From assembly GCF_964355755.1 (NCBI RefSeq), contig NC_092672.1, forward strand, positions 27,782,437-27,846,436: a stretch of 64,000 bases of DNA, given 5' to 3'. The notes beneath the pieces are model-generated. The model was not told the origin of the DNA, made no database searches, and saw only the letters and a program-made list of their open reading frames with translations. Below, one piece after another: positions 50,490 through 63,019 of the stretch. Made by a program: the position numbers and the translations under genes. How positions within the stretch are numbered: position 1 is the stretch's first letter; each line of letters opens with the position of its first letter. This DNA is from Antedon mediterranea (lineage: Eukaryota; Animalia; Echinodermata).

Positions 50490-53400
50490 CTACTGACTCT
50501 CTGCCTCCAGAATCACAACCAACTTCGTGATGGGCCGTACCAGTTCAGCGCTTGCAGTTCTCAGCTTAACAGATCTCACCAGTCCTCTTGCATCCTTATA
50601 AGCTTCCAACACTCTTGCCATTGGCCACTGTCCTCTTGGGGAATTCTCCGCAATTATAACAAACCATTTCTGACGCTCCATCAATGTCGCCAAATACTCC
50701 TTCCTCCATCTTGCCCAGAATACATTAACCAGGTATTGCGCCTGTCTCCATCTCTTACGATATACATCTGCCTCACTGAATATACCTGGAGCAGGTATAT
50801 AATCTGCTTGTGCCAGTAACAGGTGATTCGGCGTAAGTGGGCGATCTTCCTTAGGATCATCAGACAGCATTGTCAATGGCCGTCCGTTAACAATCGCCTC
50901 CACCTCACAAAACAATGTCCTCAGACCTTCATCATTTAGTTTTATTGTCTGCTCCCTTAACAATCCATATAACACCTTTCTTATTGATCTGATCATTCTT
51001 TCCCAGACTCCCCCTTGGTGGGAGGCAGCTGGAGGATTAAATCTCCAATCAATTCCATTTTGTCTTAATACTGTGTGAATCTGAGTGTTGTTCCATTCTT
51101 TCATTCCCTTTCTTAGCTCCTTGTCGGCTCCTACTAAATTGGTTCCGTTGTCCGACAGCATGTATCTCACAGCACCTCGTCTGGCAATAAATCGCCTTAC
51201 AGCATTTATGCAGGAGTCCGTATCTAGCGAATCAGCCATTTCTAGATGAATTGCTCGTGTATTGAAGCATGTGAACACAACTCCGTACCGTTTTAAGACT
51301 GTCCTTCCTCTTTTGATTTCTATTGGACCAAAGTAGTCAACTCCAGATCTGGTAAACGGCTTCTCTCCGCTCATTAATCTTTGCTTTGGTAATTCAGACA
51401 TTTTCTGGGTCTCCAAACGTCCATTATACCTACGACAAGTAACACACCTTGAGAGAATACTCTTTGTCAACTTAAGTGCTCTTGTCACCCAATACTTCTC
51501 TCTGAATCTTGCTAGTACGGCATTCCTTCTTACATGACCCATGCGTTGGTGAATATCATTGATTATTATACCAGCAACTATGGATGTTTTTGGAAGCAAT
51601 ATTGGGTGTTTAGCTTCTAATGGTATAGATGCTCCTGCTATTCTTCCACCGACTCTGATGATTCCCTTTTCATCCTTAAAGGGGTCCAACTTAGATGTGT
51701 CATTGCCCATAGGTTGTTTTGAAGTTTCCGACTGCAGATATCTTATTATTTCTGTCTCAGTGACATCAAGCTCTGAGCTTGTTATTGGCTCAATCCTTCT
51801 TACTCTTCCCTTTGGTGGTGTACCGGTTTTGCAACGTTGCATTAAATTACCCTTGACTCTAAGCATCCAAGCGACAAACACCTTTAACCGGCTCCAACTA
51901 GAAAATCTTCCAAACAATGATTCAATATAATCACATGAATTAACTGTTGCTGCTGCTGGATATTTTACATCTGGGTCACTTATTGACAGCAAAGCCATTC
52001 CTAGGTTTCCCTTTGGCCACTTGTCTTCCTTGTTTCTTAAGAACACCGGCCCCTTTAGCCACATCTCAACCTCCACCTTCTTGCTTAAGTGCATACCTCG
52101 TGAAGCTATGTCTGCAGGATTATTTGCAGTATCCACGTGTCTCCACTGCTCGCACTCACTTCCTTCGTGAATGATTGACAACCTATTTGCTACAAAGGTG
52201 CTAAATCTTGTTTTGTTGTTTCTTATGTAGTTTATAACTAGCATGCTATCGGTCCAGAATATTACTCTTTTGAATGTGGTGTCAACTTCTTCTCGAACTA
52301 GACTTGCACATTTAACTGCTAGAGTTGCAGCGGTCAATTCTAGTCTGGGAATCGTCATCTTCTTAAGAGGTGCCACTCTTGATCGTCCATAAATTATGTT
52401 ACTGTCGATCGTTTCTCCTACCTGCGACCGCACATATATAGCAACTCCATAACCATTTTCGCTTGCGTCCGCAAACACGTGAAGTTCTTGGTCGGTTCTA
52501 AGTTTACATGTAACAAACCTGGGCACACGCAATTCCTCAACTAGAGGTAAGCTCTCTAGCCAGCGTTTCCACCTACGTAATTCATTTCCCTCAACTGGAT
52601 TATCCCAATTCTTGCCTTTCTTGATTAGTTCTTGAAGAAGAATCTTAGGTGTTAACATCACGGGCGATGCCAGTCCCATAGGATCAAACACCGAGCTTAT
52701 TGTAGATAATATGCCCCTTCGGGTACATGGCTGCTCTGTGATACTCGAAAGCTGATAACATAGACAGTCACTCCTTGGGTCCCATTGAACTCCAAGTGCC
52801 CTTTCGCTTGGAATTCCTTCTTCCTTAAATGCTAGGGCTTGCAGTTCCTTTGATCTGTTCTCTACTGGAACAGAGTTGATGACATCTCGTCTGTTACTGG
52901 TCCATTTAGCTAGATTAAACCCGCCTTTTGCACAGAGTTCCTTAAGGTTTTTTACCATATTTATACCATCAGATGTTGATCCAACTGACTTCAAGCAGTC
53001 ATCAACATAGAAGTTGCGTAGTAACGTCTGCGAGACTTCATCTTCTTGGCTTGGTCTATTGTCTAAAGCTGTTTGTCTTAAAGCCATATTGGCGCAAGCG
53101 GAAGAAGACGCTGCTCCAAACAAATGTGCTGTCATTCTATACTCCACTGGTTGCTGGTTGACATCTCCAATGGTAAACTGTTCCAAGTAATACAGTCCTT
53201 CACTATTGCTCTCTGTCTTGCTATCGACTTCGTGTTCGAATGCCTTTATGAATGCGTTGTACTCTGTTGCCTCACCATTGTATGGTTTAATTCTCCGTCG
53301 TGGCAGCTGGGCCTTCTGCTGACTTGTAACAATTGCCTTTGCCATCTCTATTTGTTGACGGATCAGCATGTTCATCGCATCATCGGTTGGGGCACAATGC

Positions 53401-53822
53401 TTAACTGGTTTTATTTCATTGGTTTGCCCATCTTCATTGTATTGATTTTCAAGTCCGTTATCGTGTAATTCTAAATCTTCTTCGATCCTATCGTTTACAA
53501 TGAATCGTCTCATCCGGTCTTGGGCTGATTCAACTGGTAAATTGACACTTAATTCTTCGTCTCGTTCCTCTATTTTATCTATTTCTTTATCCAGAGCACT
53601 TGCTCTTGCTAGGGATGTAGCTGCTTCTTCTCTGATATTAAGCAGTTCTAATTCTGCCTCTGCCTCGAGTTTAGCCTTGGCAGCAAGAGCTTTCTTAATC
53701 CTAAACTCCTCCTTTGCCTTGGCCACAGCAGCATCGGCCCTTGCCTCTGCTGCGTTCAATCTGAGTGAAGTAGTTGACCCTCTACTTGATTTAGACGTGA
53801 GTCTTGACGATGTTGTTGACAT
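50490..53822 (-). CDS. BEL/Pao gag-pol polyprotein with in-frame internal deletion (1110 aa)
   Basis: Gag N-terminus, RT end (HLFGA.SS, FYVDD), Pao RNase H (LHVFADAS, TIPRLEL, FWTDS), integrase (H..H..C..C, VDYFGP, SDNGTN, GGVWER). Confidence 0.92.
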   Translation of the reverse strand: MSTTSSRLTSKSSRGSTTSLRLNAAEARADAAVAKAKEEFRIKKALAAKAKLEAEAELELLNIREEAATSLARASALDKEIDKIEERDEELSVNLPVESAQDRMRRFIVNDRIEEDLELHDNGLENQYNEDGQTNEIKPVKHCAPTDDAMNMLIRQQIEMAKAIVTSQQKAQLPRRRIKPYNGEATEYNAFIKAFEHEVDSKTESNSEGLYYLEQFTIGDVNQQPVEYRMTAHLFGAASSSACANMALRQTALDNRPSQEDEVSQTLLRNFYVDDCLKSVGSTSDGINMVKNLKELCAKGGFNLAKWTSNRRDVINSVPVENRSKELQALAFKEEGIPSERALGVQWDPRSDCLCYQLSSITEQPCTRRGILSTISSVFDPMGLASPVMLTPKILLQELIKKGKNWDNPVEGNELRRWKRWLESLPLVEELRVPRFVTCKLRTDQELHVFADASENGYGVAIYVRSQVGETIDSNIIYGRSRVAPLKKMTIPRLELTAATLAVKCASLVREEVDTTFKRVIFWTDSMLVINYIRNNKTRFSTFVANRLSIIHEGSECEQWRHVDTANNPADIASRGMHLSKKVEVEMWLKGPVFLRNKEDKWPKGNLGMALLSISDPDVKYPAAATVNSCDYIESLFGRFSSWSRLKVFVAWMLRVKGNLMQRCKTGTPPKGRVRRIEPITSSELDVTETEIIRYLQSETSKQPMGNDTSKLDPFKDEKGIIRVGGRIAGASIPLEAKHPILLPKTSIVAGIIINDIHQRMGHVRRNAVLARFREKYWVTRALKLTKSILSRCVTCRRYNGRLETQKMSELPKQRLMSGEKPFTRSGVDYFGPIEIKRGRTVLKRYGVVFTCFNTRAIHLEMADSLDTDSCINAVRRFIARRGAVRYMLSDNGTNLVGADKELRKGMKEWNNTQIHTVLRQNGIDWRFNPPAASHQGGVWERMIRSIRKVLYGLLREQTIKLNDEGLRTLFCEVEAIVNGRPLTMLSDDPKEDRPLTPNHLLLAQADYIPAPGIFSEADVYRKRWRQAQYLVNVFWARWRKEYLATLMERQKWFVIIAENSPRGQWPMARVLEAYKDARGLVRSVKLRTASAELVRPITKLVVILEAESQ

Positions 53823-53862
53823 AATAATAGAAATCTCCTACCTTATGTTATTTTCGTAATAA

Positions 53863-54706
53863 TGTAACTGCCCTAAAAATAATGCGAGTGATAGTCGTTA
53901 TTCAAGTCCAACACCCAAAGTGCTCCTTTATTCCTGTTTCTTGAATGTGAACCAGATTACTAAAACAAAACATAACAATGACCTATAAATGCATGTCTAG
54001 CAATATATGTGGCTCCTTAAGCGTCAAACTGAAAAGTTTTGTATTTAAGTTAAAACAAACAATATAAAAGACGATCCCTTAAACTAATTAAAAATGCAAA
54101 ACCGTGTCGTCATAGCAACCGATAACAAAATCCTTGCGGTTAACTCCTCCTACAACGACGCGACACCTACATGCCAGACATTGTACAGCTATACGTAAAT
54201 CAATTAAAATGATCACATGAACTATAAAGTTTTGCGAAGATTATCATAACTATAGTATCCAGGTGCTTAATGCAATGCAGTAACTTTAACAATGAATTAT
54301 AAATACTAATACTTAGTAAATGATTAAATTAAGGTACAACAGGTCAAAGCCATATCTCATCAATATAATAGGCCTAGGCCTAGCTAGGTAACATAACCGA
54401 AATTAATGGCGTCTCAATAGAACTTGGCCTAATAACATTAAATCTGTATGAGTTATTGATCAATAAATGTAGCGGAATGCAGCTTACCGAAAATAGCAAA
54501 GTCACCCGCTATCTGCAGTACATAAACAATTCAAGTAAATATCAAAAATTAAACAATATGTCAATATCCTATAATTAAAGTCACTAGCTGTGATCATACA
54601 TCCTCTCCTCTCTAATGCAAGATACCTCTCCTCACATGGTCCTAAAATGACGTCATTTTCTTAATAATGCGCCCTCTCTAAATATGAACTAGTTTGGGAC
54701 CAAACA
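53863..54706 (-). repeat. 5' LTR (844 bp)
   Basis: Direct repeat of 49531-50375; I see one 1-bp indel in an A-run. Confidence 0.95.
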
Positions 54707-56045
54707 CTTACAGATAACTGAAATTAAACTAACAGGGCGGTAATTTAGGGGATCAGACTTGCTGCCATTTTTAAAAATCCACTTATCCAACTTAGAATAT
54801 TACCTTGAATGCCATAAGCTTGCAATTTAATTTTCAACCTAATGTGCGGAAATGTGTCGAAAGCTTTACGGCAGTCCAAGTATATAACATCAACGAGATG
54901 TCTGTCGGCGAGAGCATTTTCTACATCATGAAAAAATTCAAGCAATTGTATTAAACAAGAACGATTAGTACGAAATCCATGTTGATGTTTGGTGAGTATA
55001 TTTTTGGTTTCGAGATGGATCATGATTGTGTTAGTTATGATTTTTTCTAATATCTTACAGATAACTGAAGTTAAACTAACAGGGCGGTAATTTAGGGGAT
55101 CAGACTTGCTGCCATTTTTGAAAATTGGTGTAATGGTTGCGTCTTTCCAGGCAGCTGGTATTTCACCTGTTGCCAACGACTTTCTGAACACTAATAACTG
55201 TGGTCGGGATGTGTGGTCACAGCATTCTATCAAAACTTTAGGGTGGATAACATCAGGTCCAGGGGTGATGAATCACGAAGATTTTTAATATGCATTTTAA
55301 CATCATCAAGTGTAAAGTCCACATCGATCAAAGGATGTCCATGAAAAACAGAAACCATGGTTGTAATATTACGCTCATCTTCTACTGTAAAAACTTTTGG
55401 AAGGCCTCGTTCATTATTTCACTTGCTTCCTTGTTGGTGGAAAAAAAAGATCCGTCCTGTTTTTTTAGTTTAGATACCCCTTTCTTAATTGAAGTTTGAC
55501 TACGAACATAGCTATAATAATAATACCACATTTATATAGCGCCCTTTTCATGAGTAATCATGCTCAAAGGCGCTTTACAAGCATTATTACCCCAGTATTT
55601 TTTGGGATCAAACACGTATGGAAACATACCCCCATAATGCAGCCGGTAACGAGCGCAAAGTTGTGTCTAGATCTAACTGGGTACCCATTTATACACCTGG
55701 GTGGAGAGAGGCAATGTAAGTAAAGTATCTTGCCTACGGATACAAGCAATGCGGCGAGAGTTGGATTCGAACCTAGGTCTGACGATCGGTAGTCCAACGT
55801 CCAACACACTGCGCCACACGCATATATAAAATGCTCTCGGATTTCTCTTAGCATTAAGTGCGACATCCTTCTCGAAATTAGCTTTAGCCATTCTTACTGC
55901 AGAAGTAGCATCATTTCTGGCCTTACAGTAATATTTATATCTTTTGTTAGATCTATGACGTCTGTAACGTTGCCATGCATCCTACTTCCTTTGAACTTTA
56001 TTCAGTGCGAATTTTGTCATTCACTTCTGTTTACTTGGGCGGAGG
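54707..56045 (-). mobile_element. CR1-type LINE, upstream part, with about 350-bp internal tandem duplication and a SINE insertion
   Basis: GEIPAAWKDATITPIFK...NYRPVSLTSVICKILEKII; AKANFEKDVALNAKRNPRAFY.Y upstream of the SINE. Confidence 0.85.
55513..55822 (-). mobile_element. tRNA-derived SINE with Nin/Deu-type core and L2-like tail
   Basis: A-box tggcgcagtg, B-box ggttcgaatcc, core ggcaag..acttt..cattgcctctctccacccaggtgtataaatgggtacc, tail gtaaagcgcctttgag...ggcgctatataaat(att)n. Confidence 0.85.
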
Positions 56046-56162
56046 TTTGTGTTCACAAAATGATAAAAGTTAAGTGATAAAAATGATTATTAAATATAAA
56101 ACACAACTTTTCCTTTATAAACCTTATAATTTATCTTATATAAAAATAATAAATTATAATAA

Positions 56163-57462
56163 CTAGATGGTACGCTCGCTTCGCTCGCGTACCATCTAGG
56201 TCGTGCCCACAGATGGTTCTCGAATACATAGTAATTTCAGCGTTAAAAAAAACTGGCGACTTCAAATGTACATGCAGGACAATAATACATGTCGTTTACA
56301 GAAACGAATAAATAAACACGGTGATTTATGTACTCAACTAAAATTAGCACCCTGGGAATTACTTCCGAAAAAGAAACTTGTCACAAAATAAGAAACAAAC
56401 TGGATTTGTGTTTTGTATGTAACATTAGGGTTGAGGGATGGGGAAGAGGATGTGTGCAAAGACGAACAATTTTAAATATATTCTTTATCGATTTAGTAAC
56501 GAAATATGAATTGTTTTCATGTTTTACAAATAATATACCACTAAACACAGTAAAACATTGCGATTTAATACTTTGTTGAAACTGTCACCGTCATAGTCGA
56601 TTGAAATAGTACAGTACATGTAACGATACATCACTAATACGACGTTTATATTTTTTTGTAGGTCAATTGTTTCTTAGAGCCAATTCATACTTAAGTTGTT
56701 TCCTAACCACCAAAGTTGTTCTGCGTTTAGGGCATGTGATCCTTCGTACTGTAGGCCTGTCCTCTACTGGCTTTACAACGCTACTCATGCCAGTGAGGGG
56801 GAGGGTGGTGGTGTTGGTGGTGGTTTAACTGCAATAATAAAGTTGATTGTACATAATAGACGGCGACTGGAAAGGCTAGCTCATTATGCGTTAAAAAAAA
56901 GATTCCACAGATTGGAAAAAAATGGATCGAATTTCTGTTGTGACTGTACTTGTCTTTACGACGCCTGAGGGAATAGACATTTGTGGAACAGAGATTGGAA
57001 TGTTCCATTTATCGCAGATCAAAACATTTGTATAAACGTATATTAAATCTATCAAAATAGTATTTTTTAAAGAAAATCGGCCTGTCTTCAACATTATGAT
57101 GCTGTACTCGAGCTGTTCAACTGGTTTTCAGCTATTAAAAACAATTATCGTAGGAGGAGATAGGAAAATGCGAAGCATCCTCGCATTATTGTATGCGGGT
57201 ATTTTTCATGTTGGACATCCATTGGACAGTGTATACCACGACCACGAAACACCCCTATTTGGGGCAAATCGTTGAACCTAAATTCGTTTTAAATGTCAAT
57301 AACTAATTATCTAACTCAATTTAATTAGTAAACATGGTTACATCAGATGGTTAAAATCAGTACCGAAAGTACGAACCAACTTTATATACCATCGAGTAAA
57401 AATTCTAGAAATAAACCGCGATTTATCGAATTTTGCCCTTACGTAAATTTATATATAATAGA
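56163..57462 (-). mobile_element. complete 1.3-kb non-autonomous Helitron
   Basis: 5' TC, 3' hairpin plus CTAG, inserted between A and T with no TSD; homologous to 4928-8251. Confidence 0.88.
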
Positions 57463-57768
57463 TAATCATAATATTCATTTAATAATAAGTAATATTGCAC
57501 AGAGTAGCCCTTTTCCTTAGGTTGATTTTTGTTTTTGTGTCCTTGGGTGGATTTTCTGGAGATGTTTCCTTTAAAACTGTATCAGTTCTCCCTTTCACCC
57601 TGCTCATTCGAGCGAGAATCATTGGTAACCCCTTTCTTTTCATTGTTACTTTTTGAGTTTTCAGTGGAAGAAACAAAAAAAAACTGTTTACCTTCTTCTG
57701 TTCCTTGCTTTCACTTGATTCGCTAATGTTCTGTTCTATGTCTGGCCTCGCAGTAGTATATCTTTGCC

Positions 57769-57817
57769 TTTTTAGTCGCGTGGAAGCGACTCTATAGTTC
57801 ACTATGTCGGTCGGTCG

Positions 57818-57852
<35 letters not shown>

Positions 57853-58606
57853 GGTCTTTCTGTCGGTCTGTCTGTCGGTCTGTCTGTCGGTCTGTCTGTC
57901 TGTCTGTCTGTCGGTCCGGTATCACTATGCGTTTTATCGCTTTATGACCTTATCTTGATATCAGTTTAATCTAGCTAAGTCAATTTTTCACAGAATATTC
58001 CTTATGGCCAGGAATCGATGTGGTTATGTTTTCACGGTGCGCAATAAAAAATTACGCGGTCTACGCACGATTTAACGAAATCACAAACAACCATGAATCA
58101 CAATTAAATAAAATTTGGTACTCATAAATTTCAGGGCATAAATCATCATATGGCAATACAATTACGTGCGTAGCGCATGTAACGCCTGCGTACGCGCGCT
58201 TAAAATTTTCAAAATTTATTTTCGATGAAATAAGAGTACGTTTCAGGCAATTTTAAGCGTTTACAAAATTGCCATGAGTGCGCAGATTTTTGCGCGCGCA
58301 CTGCGCGTTAAATGTTATTGCGCACTCTTCTTGCCCGATTTCTGTTTTCTTGACTTACTTTTCAACTCGAAATTACGTTATACGAGCACGTCAAAAGTGA
58401 CAGGCTACGCACGTGTAAATTAAAAAAATATAAATGTTTTTAAACATTTCAACATTTTTAAACATGTTCAGTAATTTCGGTCAGTATAGTTCACTATGTC
58501 GGTCGGTCCGTCTGTCTGTCGGTCTGTCTGTCTGTCGGTCTGTTTGTCTGTCGGTCCGGTATCACTATGCATTGTAGCACGCGACTTAATGGCTGTTGGC
58601 CTTGTT
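57769..58606 (+). mobile_element. HINE-type element
   Basis: 5' hairpin agtcgcgtggaagcgact, long (GTCT)n, 3' cacgcgact and ggctgttggcc stem-loop, T-rich target. Confidence 0.8.
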
Positions 58607-58944
58607 CTTTTACATGTTCTTGTTCTTCGTCAGATTCACTTCCGCTGCCGCTGTCATCTGCAGTATCTTGTGAGCTGAACACTTCATCAATATCTACTTC
58701 TGTGTCTGAATTTGGGTTTGCATTATCATGTGATTTATCTTTATCTGGTATTTGATTTGGTATTGGAGTGTGCACAAATGATTCCCACATACGATTAAAA
58801 TAAGCCCCTGTTGATCCCATTGAGTTTGCTGATGTTTGCTGTAGGCCTTTTTCAGTGTTGCAATAGTATGACCTTCTTGGTGAAATTGAAAGCATACTCT
58901 ATTAGCCTTACATTGATAAGCTTCGTGTCCATTTTTCATTAGTA

Positions 58945-60014
58945 TAATTTCGAGGTGCATGACGAAGGCGTGATTTGGGGAATTATAATACAGTTCTATG
59001 GTGGGTATTGAAAAACAATATCCAAGTCATTGAGTCCAAAACAAAGTCTCTATAGACATTTTAGTCGCATTGTGCATACAAACATTGGTAAATGGTGTCG
59101 AGGGTCAATTGTTGTATTTCTGGTCATTTTTTCGTAAAATGTTTCATTAGAGCAAATATAAATATGTACATTCTTAACAAGTTTTTTAAAAAATCAACTC
59201 TCTAGCCATAGTGGTTTTAGATATATAGGAACCTGTAATTTCACCCCTAATTTGCATATTTCATGTAACTTGTACTGATAATGTGAGTGATACAGGTGTG
59301 ATTTTGAGATTTGCTTAACAGTCCTATGTTGGCTATTAGAAACCTGTATTCGAGTCATTTGAAGGCAAAACAAAGTCTCTACAGACATTTTAGTTGTTTC
59401 ATTATATATTCAATATTGAGAAATGGGGTCGAGGGTCAAATGTCATACTTCCGGTCAATTTTTTGTAAAATGTTTCATTGGAGCAAATATAAATATGTAC
59501 ATTCAGAATACGGCTGTGAAAAAAATCAACTCTCTAGCATTAGTGGTTTTCAAGATATAGGACAATTGTAATTTTTCCCCCTTATTTGCATATTTTATTT
59601 AAATTTTATTACTAATTTTAATACTTTTTGAGATGTGTGACAAAGGTGTGATTTTGAGAATTACAAAGTGGTCCTATGCTGGCTATTAGGAACCTATGTC
59701 TGGGTCATTTGAGGGCAAAATAAAGTCTCTACAGACATTTTAGTCACATTGTGTATGCAAACATTGAGAAATAGGGTCGAAGATCAAATGTTGTACTTCC
59801 GGTCACTTTTTCGTAAAATGTTTCATTAGAGTAAATATAAATATATACATTTTGAATAAATCAGTGAAAAAATCTCTCTCGGACTAGTAGTTTTTGAGAT
59901 ATGTGTGATGCTCAAATTTTGATCTCCTCATCATTTATGACCATCTAAAAAAAAAAATCTCTGTTTGCAATTTATTTCACTTTGGGCTGTTTTTTTTTTT
60001 ATAGATTGACTAGC
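58945..60014. repeat. second copy of the about 350-bp-unit repeat with the same terminus
   Basis: Three units homologous to 44840-45470; ends tagattgactagc. Confidence 0.6.
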
Positions 60015-61378
60015 CTTTATAGTTAGACCATGATTGTAATTCTATAACAAAAAAAAAGAAAAACAAAATGCTAAGAGATTAAAAAAAACAATATATATAC
60101 AAATTTAGCAGAGAGATGTTAAATTAGATGGGTTTATTAAACATAAAATGTATTATAATTGTATGAAGAAACAAATATGCATGTAGATGAAAAAACAAAA
60201 AAGACTATATAAAAAAAAAGTTTGTTAATGAAAATGTGTTATAGATAATTTATGTATAAAAAAAGGTAATATGCAAACAAATGAACAAAACTCTTAAAAA
60301 AACATGTATGATGAAAACAACATTGTTAATATAATAATATGTATAGAGTATTGAAATGAAAATGTCTTTAGAAAAAAATATATGTAAAGATATAGGAGCA
60401 TAAGTATGGAAATAAGAGTGGGATGAACCCACATAAGATAAAAATAAAATTATTAATTTTATTATTAATTTATAATGATGCTTGGAAACAAAAAGGTTAG
60501 CGAGGCAGTTTAGGCATCGTCTTTGTGTTATCTTTGGGGTTTTGTTTGTGTGTGTTTACTTTTACTTATTTTGTAAGTGTAGTACGACATGGTAGGTTAG
60601 AAAGATCAGTTAGTCATAGGACAGATGTATGATATTATTTATAAAGATCAAAAAATACGCCTACTACCACCATGTTTAGTTTACTTATTATAAGCACGCT
60701 GGCACCGACCATGAAATAAATTCATAGCTTCCCTTATTCCTCTATTTTTCACGTAGATTCATCAGTGATTCCCTACCTTCCCTAACACCTGTAGAAACAT
60801 CGTCGGTGATGAATATGCGTTCACCTGTGAATAAATTATTTTTCAGGCATTTCGTAGGCATAGGGTAGGTGATGCTGATTTTCAGATTGATTGTTATTCT
60901 TTGAAACCAGAACAGTATCAACATTTTTATTGACAAATTGACAAAATATATTGAAATTAAACGTAAATTCCACCAATAAATACATTTGTATGTGATTCTC
61001 CTTTATAAAAAGTACTTATGAGGCCTACTTCTAAGATGTGGTATTCAGGATAAGTTAGTTAACAAATTGATTAATGGAGTTGCGAAACCTCTTGAAACAA
61101 ACGCAATGGAGTAAATAATATCAACAAAAAGGTGAGTTTGTTGTGAAAAATGGGTGGAAATATTGAGTGTATTAGTGTTTGTGATAAGTATTTAATTATA
61201 TTTATTGTAAAAAACAATAATAAATTAAACCTACTAAGTTTAAATTAAAATTATGTATAGATAAACAATTATTGTTTTAAGCTGTCTTTTGTAATCTGTA
61301 ATCTTAGCTCTTGGGTCGTGCTTTCGTGAATTTAGGCTTTATGCTACCCCTAAAATGACGTTGTTTGGTCGTCGGTCG

Positions 61379-61671
61379 TGATTGATTGAAATATATATTT
61401 ATACTGGGTAACCTCTTCAGTCAAAGGTCTCCTAGAGGGCCCAGTTGGTGATCAGTGGCTGTGATGTACTAATACACCGGGGTAACCCCCTATTCGTCTC
61501 GAAAGATGTACTAGGTTCTTTAAAGTGCACACGAGCTAGATGTTTACACTTATCAGAGAAGACTCGTTCTACCACCAGAACCATGGAGTGAGTGAGCCTC
61601 GAACCCCTGCCGATGTTATGGCTACGTAATTACGGTTCCACTGTCTTAACCGCTCGGCCACTCACTCACTC
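61379..61671 (-). mobile_element. tRNA-derived SINE with Meta-type core
   Basis: A-box gtggccgagcggttaag, B-box ggttcgaggc, core gtgcactttaaagaacc...gaatagggggttaccccgg, tail (tcaa)n. Confidence 0.75.
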
Positions 61672-62244
61672 AAAACGTAATGTTAAAACTAAAATACTAT
61701 ATTTCCTTGTCATAGATGGTATGTCCCTGGGAACTATTGTTCAAGGAAATGTATTAGAAGGTTATTGTAATCGTGTAAATGTTTGAACTAAATTTTGTAC
61801 TTCTAAACTTGTAGATAACTGAAAACAAAACAATATGTAAAAACACATTTTAATATTTATTTATTTATATTATTATTACTACAATAAAAATGATGACAAT
61901 GTAAGTCAATTTCTTTTTCGGCCGTGTTGTTAGTTTAATAACTGCTATTTTATTATTTATTATTTTACCATTGAAACACCTGTTCTAATCTGAAATTCCA
62001 ATTTAATTGCGTCTATCCTAAACTTAATTTTGAGCTAAGGTTGATTTGCAGAGCATTTTCACTCTGTTTTATTATAATTTAATGTAGATGCCAATTACAG
62101 AGGAAAATGCAGAGGAAGTTCTTCAAGCAGTTAATAACATTACAACAACTGAACCAGATACGGTGGTGATATGATGATTGATGATTATGACGACGATAAC
62201 TAAGATGAAAATGATTTGGAATTGGAAAAAAATAAATAAATTAA

Positions 62245-62381
62245 AGCCTGGTTCCCTCTATGACGCAACGGAAGTACGTAAATGCAACGCAAGCGTGTTG
62301 ACCAATGGCAAGTGACAGTTTGAATAACCCATCGCTTGTGATTTACTTACGTTGCGTCGCGTCTCTTATGGGAACCAAGCT
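62245..62381. mobile_element. PIF/Harbinger-type MITE
   Basis: TIR agc(c/t)tggttccc, TAA on both flanks, internal acgcaac repeats. Confidence 0.75.
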
Positions 62382-62849
62382 TAAACATGGTAGCACTTTG
62401 TCGATGTTCGAATTGCATTCCCACATCCTTGATTTGCGCTAACATGCCTATTACTATTATTTTCTCAGTGTCCGCACCAAATTCGGATATAGTTGAAACG
62501 TGCTTAGCCACGTCTTAAACAATTACACTGTGTGACTTCATGAATTCAGTCTATCTATTTTTAAGTCATTTTGAAATCACCAAGTATCAATACAAACGTG
62601 TACACATTTAAAGTAGAATTTCTTTAATAATTTATTAATATAAACGATTTAGTAAAACTATGTTTAAAAAAAACATATATGTAAAGCACAAAAATTGTAA
62701 TATTATTACAATTTTTAATAATAATGCCGTTTAAGTTAAAATCATTCCTTAACTGCATGCAGTTCCCGATTTCATAAATAAGTATGTTGAGAGGTAGGTA
62801 AAAGATAAGTATGACCACCACAAAGTATTATCCAAACAAAATATCCGCG

Positions 62850-63019
62850 TCACTTTAATCCATTAAGTTGCCCGTTTAGTTGTCCGTTCAGTTGCCCATT
62901 TATACACTTCTGCTGGTAACTGATTGGCTTTCCTAGACTCATTGATTCGTTACAACATTCTGACAGTCTAGTAACTCGGATGCAGTCTTCCTCCGTTACA
63001 TCCAAATTAGCTTCGATGC
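62850..63019 (-). CDS. terminal exon of a Gfo/Idh/MocA oxidoreductase (myo-inositol 2-dehydrogenase-like)
   Basis: GIEANLDVTEEDCIRVTRLSECCNESMSLGKPI...NGQLNGQLNGQLNGLK*; acceptor caatag, phase 1; AATAAA downstream at 62636-62631. Confidence 0.8.

Larger units (their letters stand above)
49531..54706 (-). mobile_element. BEL/Pao LTR retrotransposon, young, internally deleted
   Basis: LTRs 53863-54706 and 49531-50375 (TG...CA, nearly identical), PPT agaggggccggga, 5-bp TSD cttac/cttaa. Confidence 0.95.

Noticed and set aside
51559-53859. Plus-strand ORFs overlapping the BEL polyprotein
   Set aside because: Antisense shadows of the coding frame with no independent motifs.
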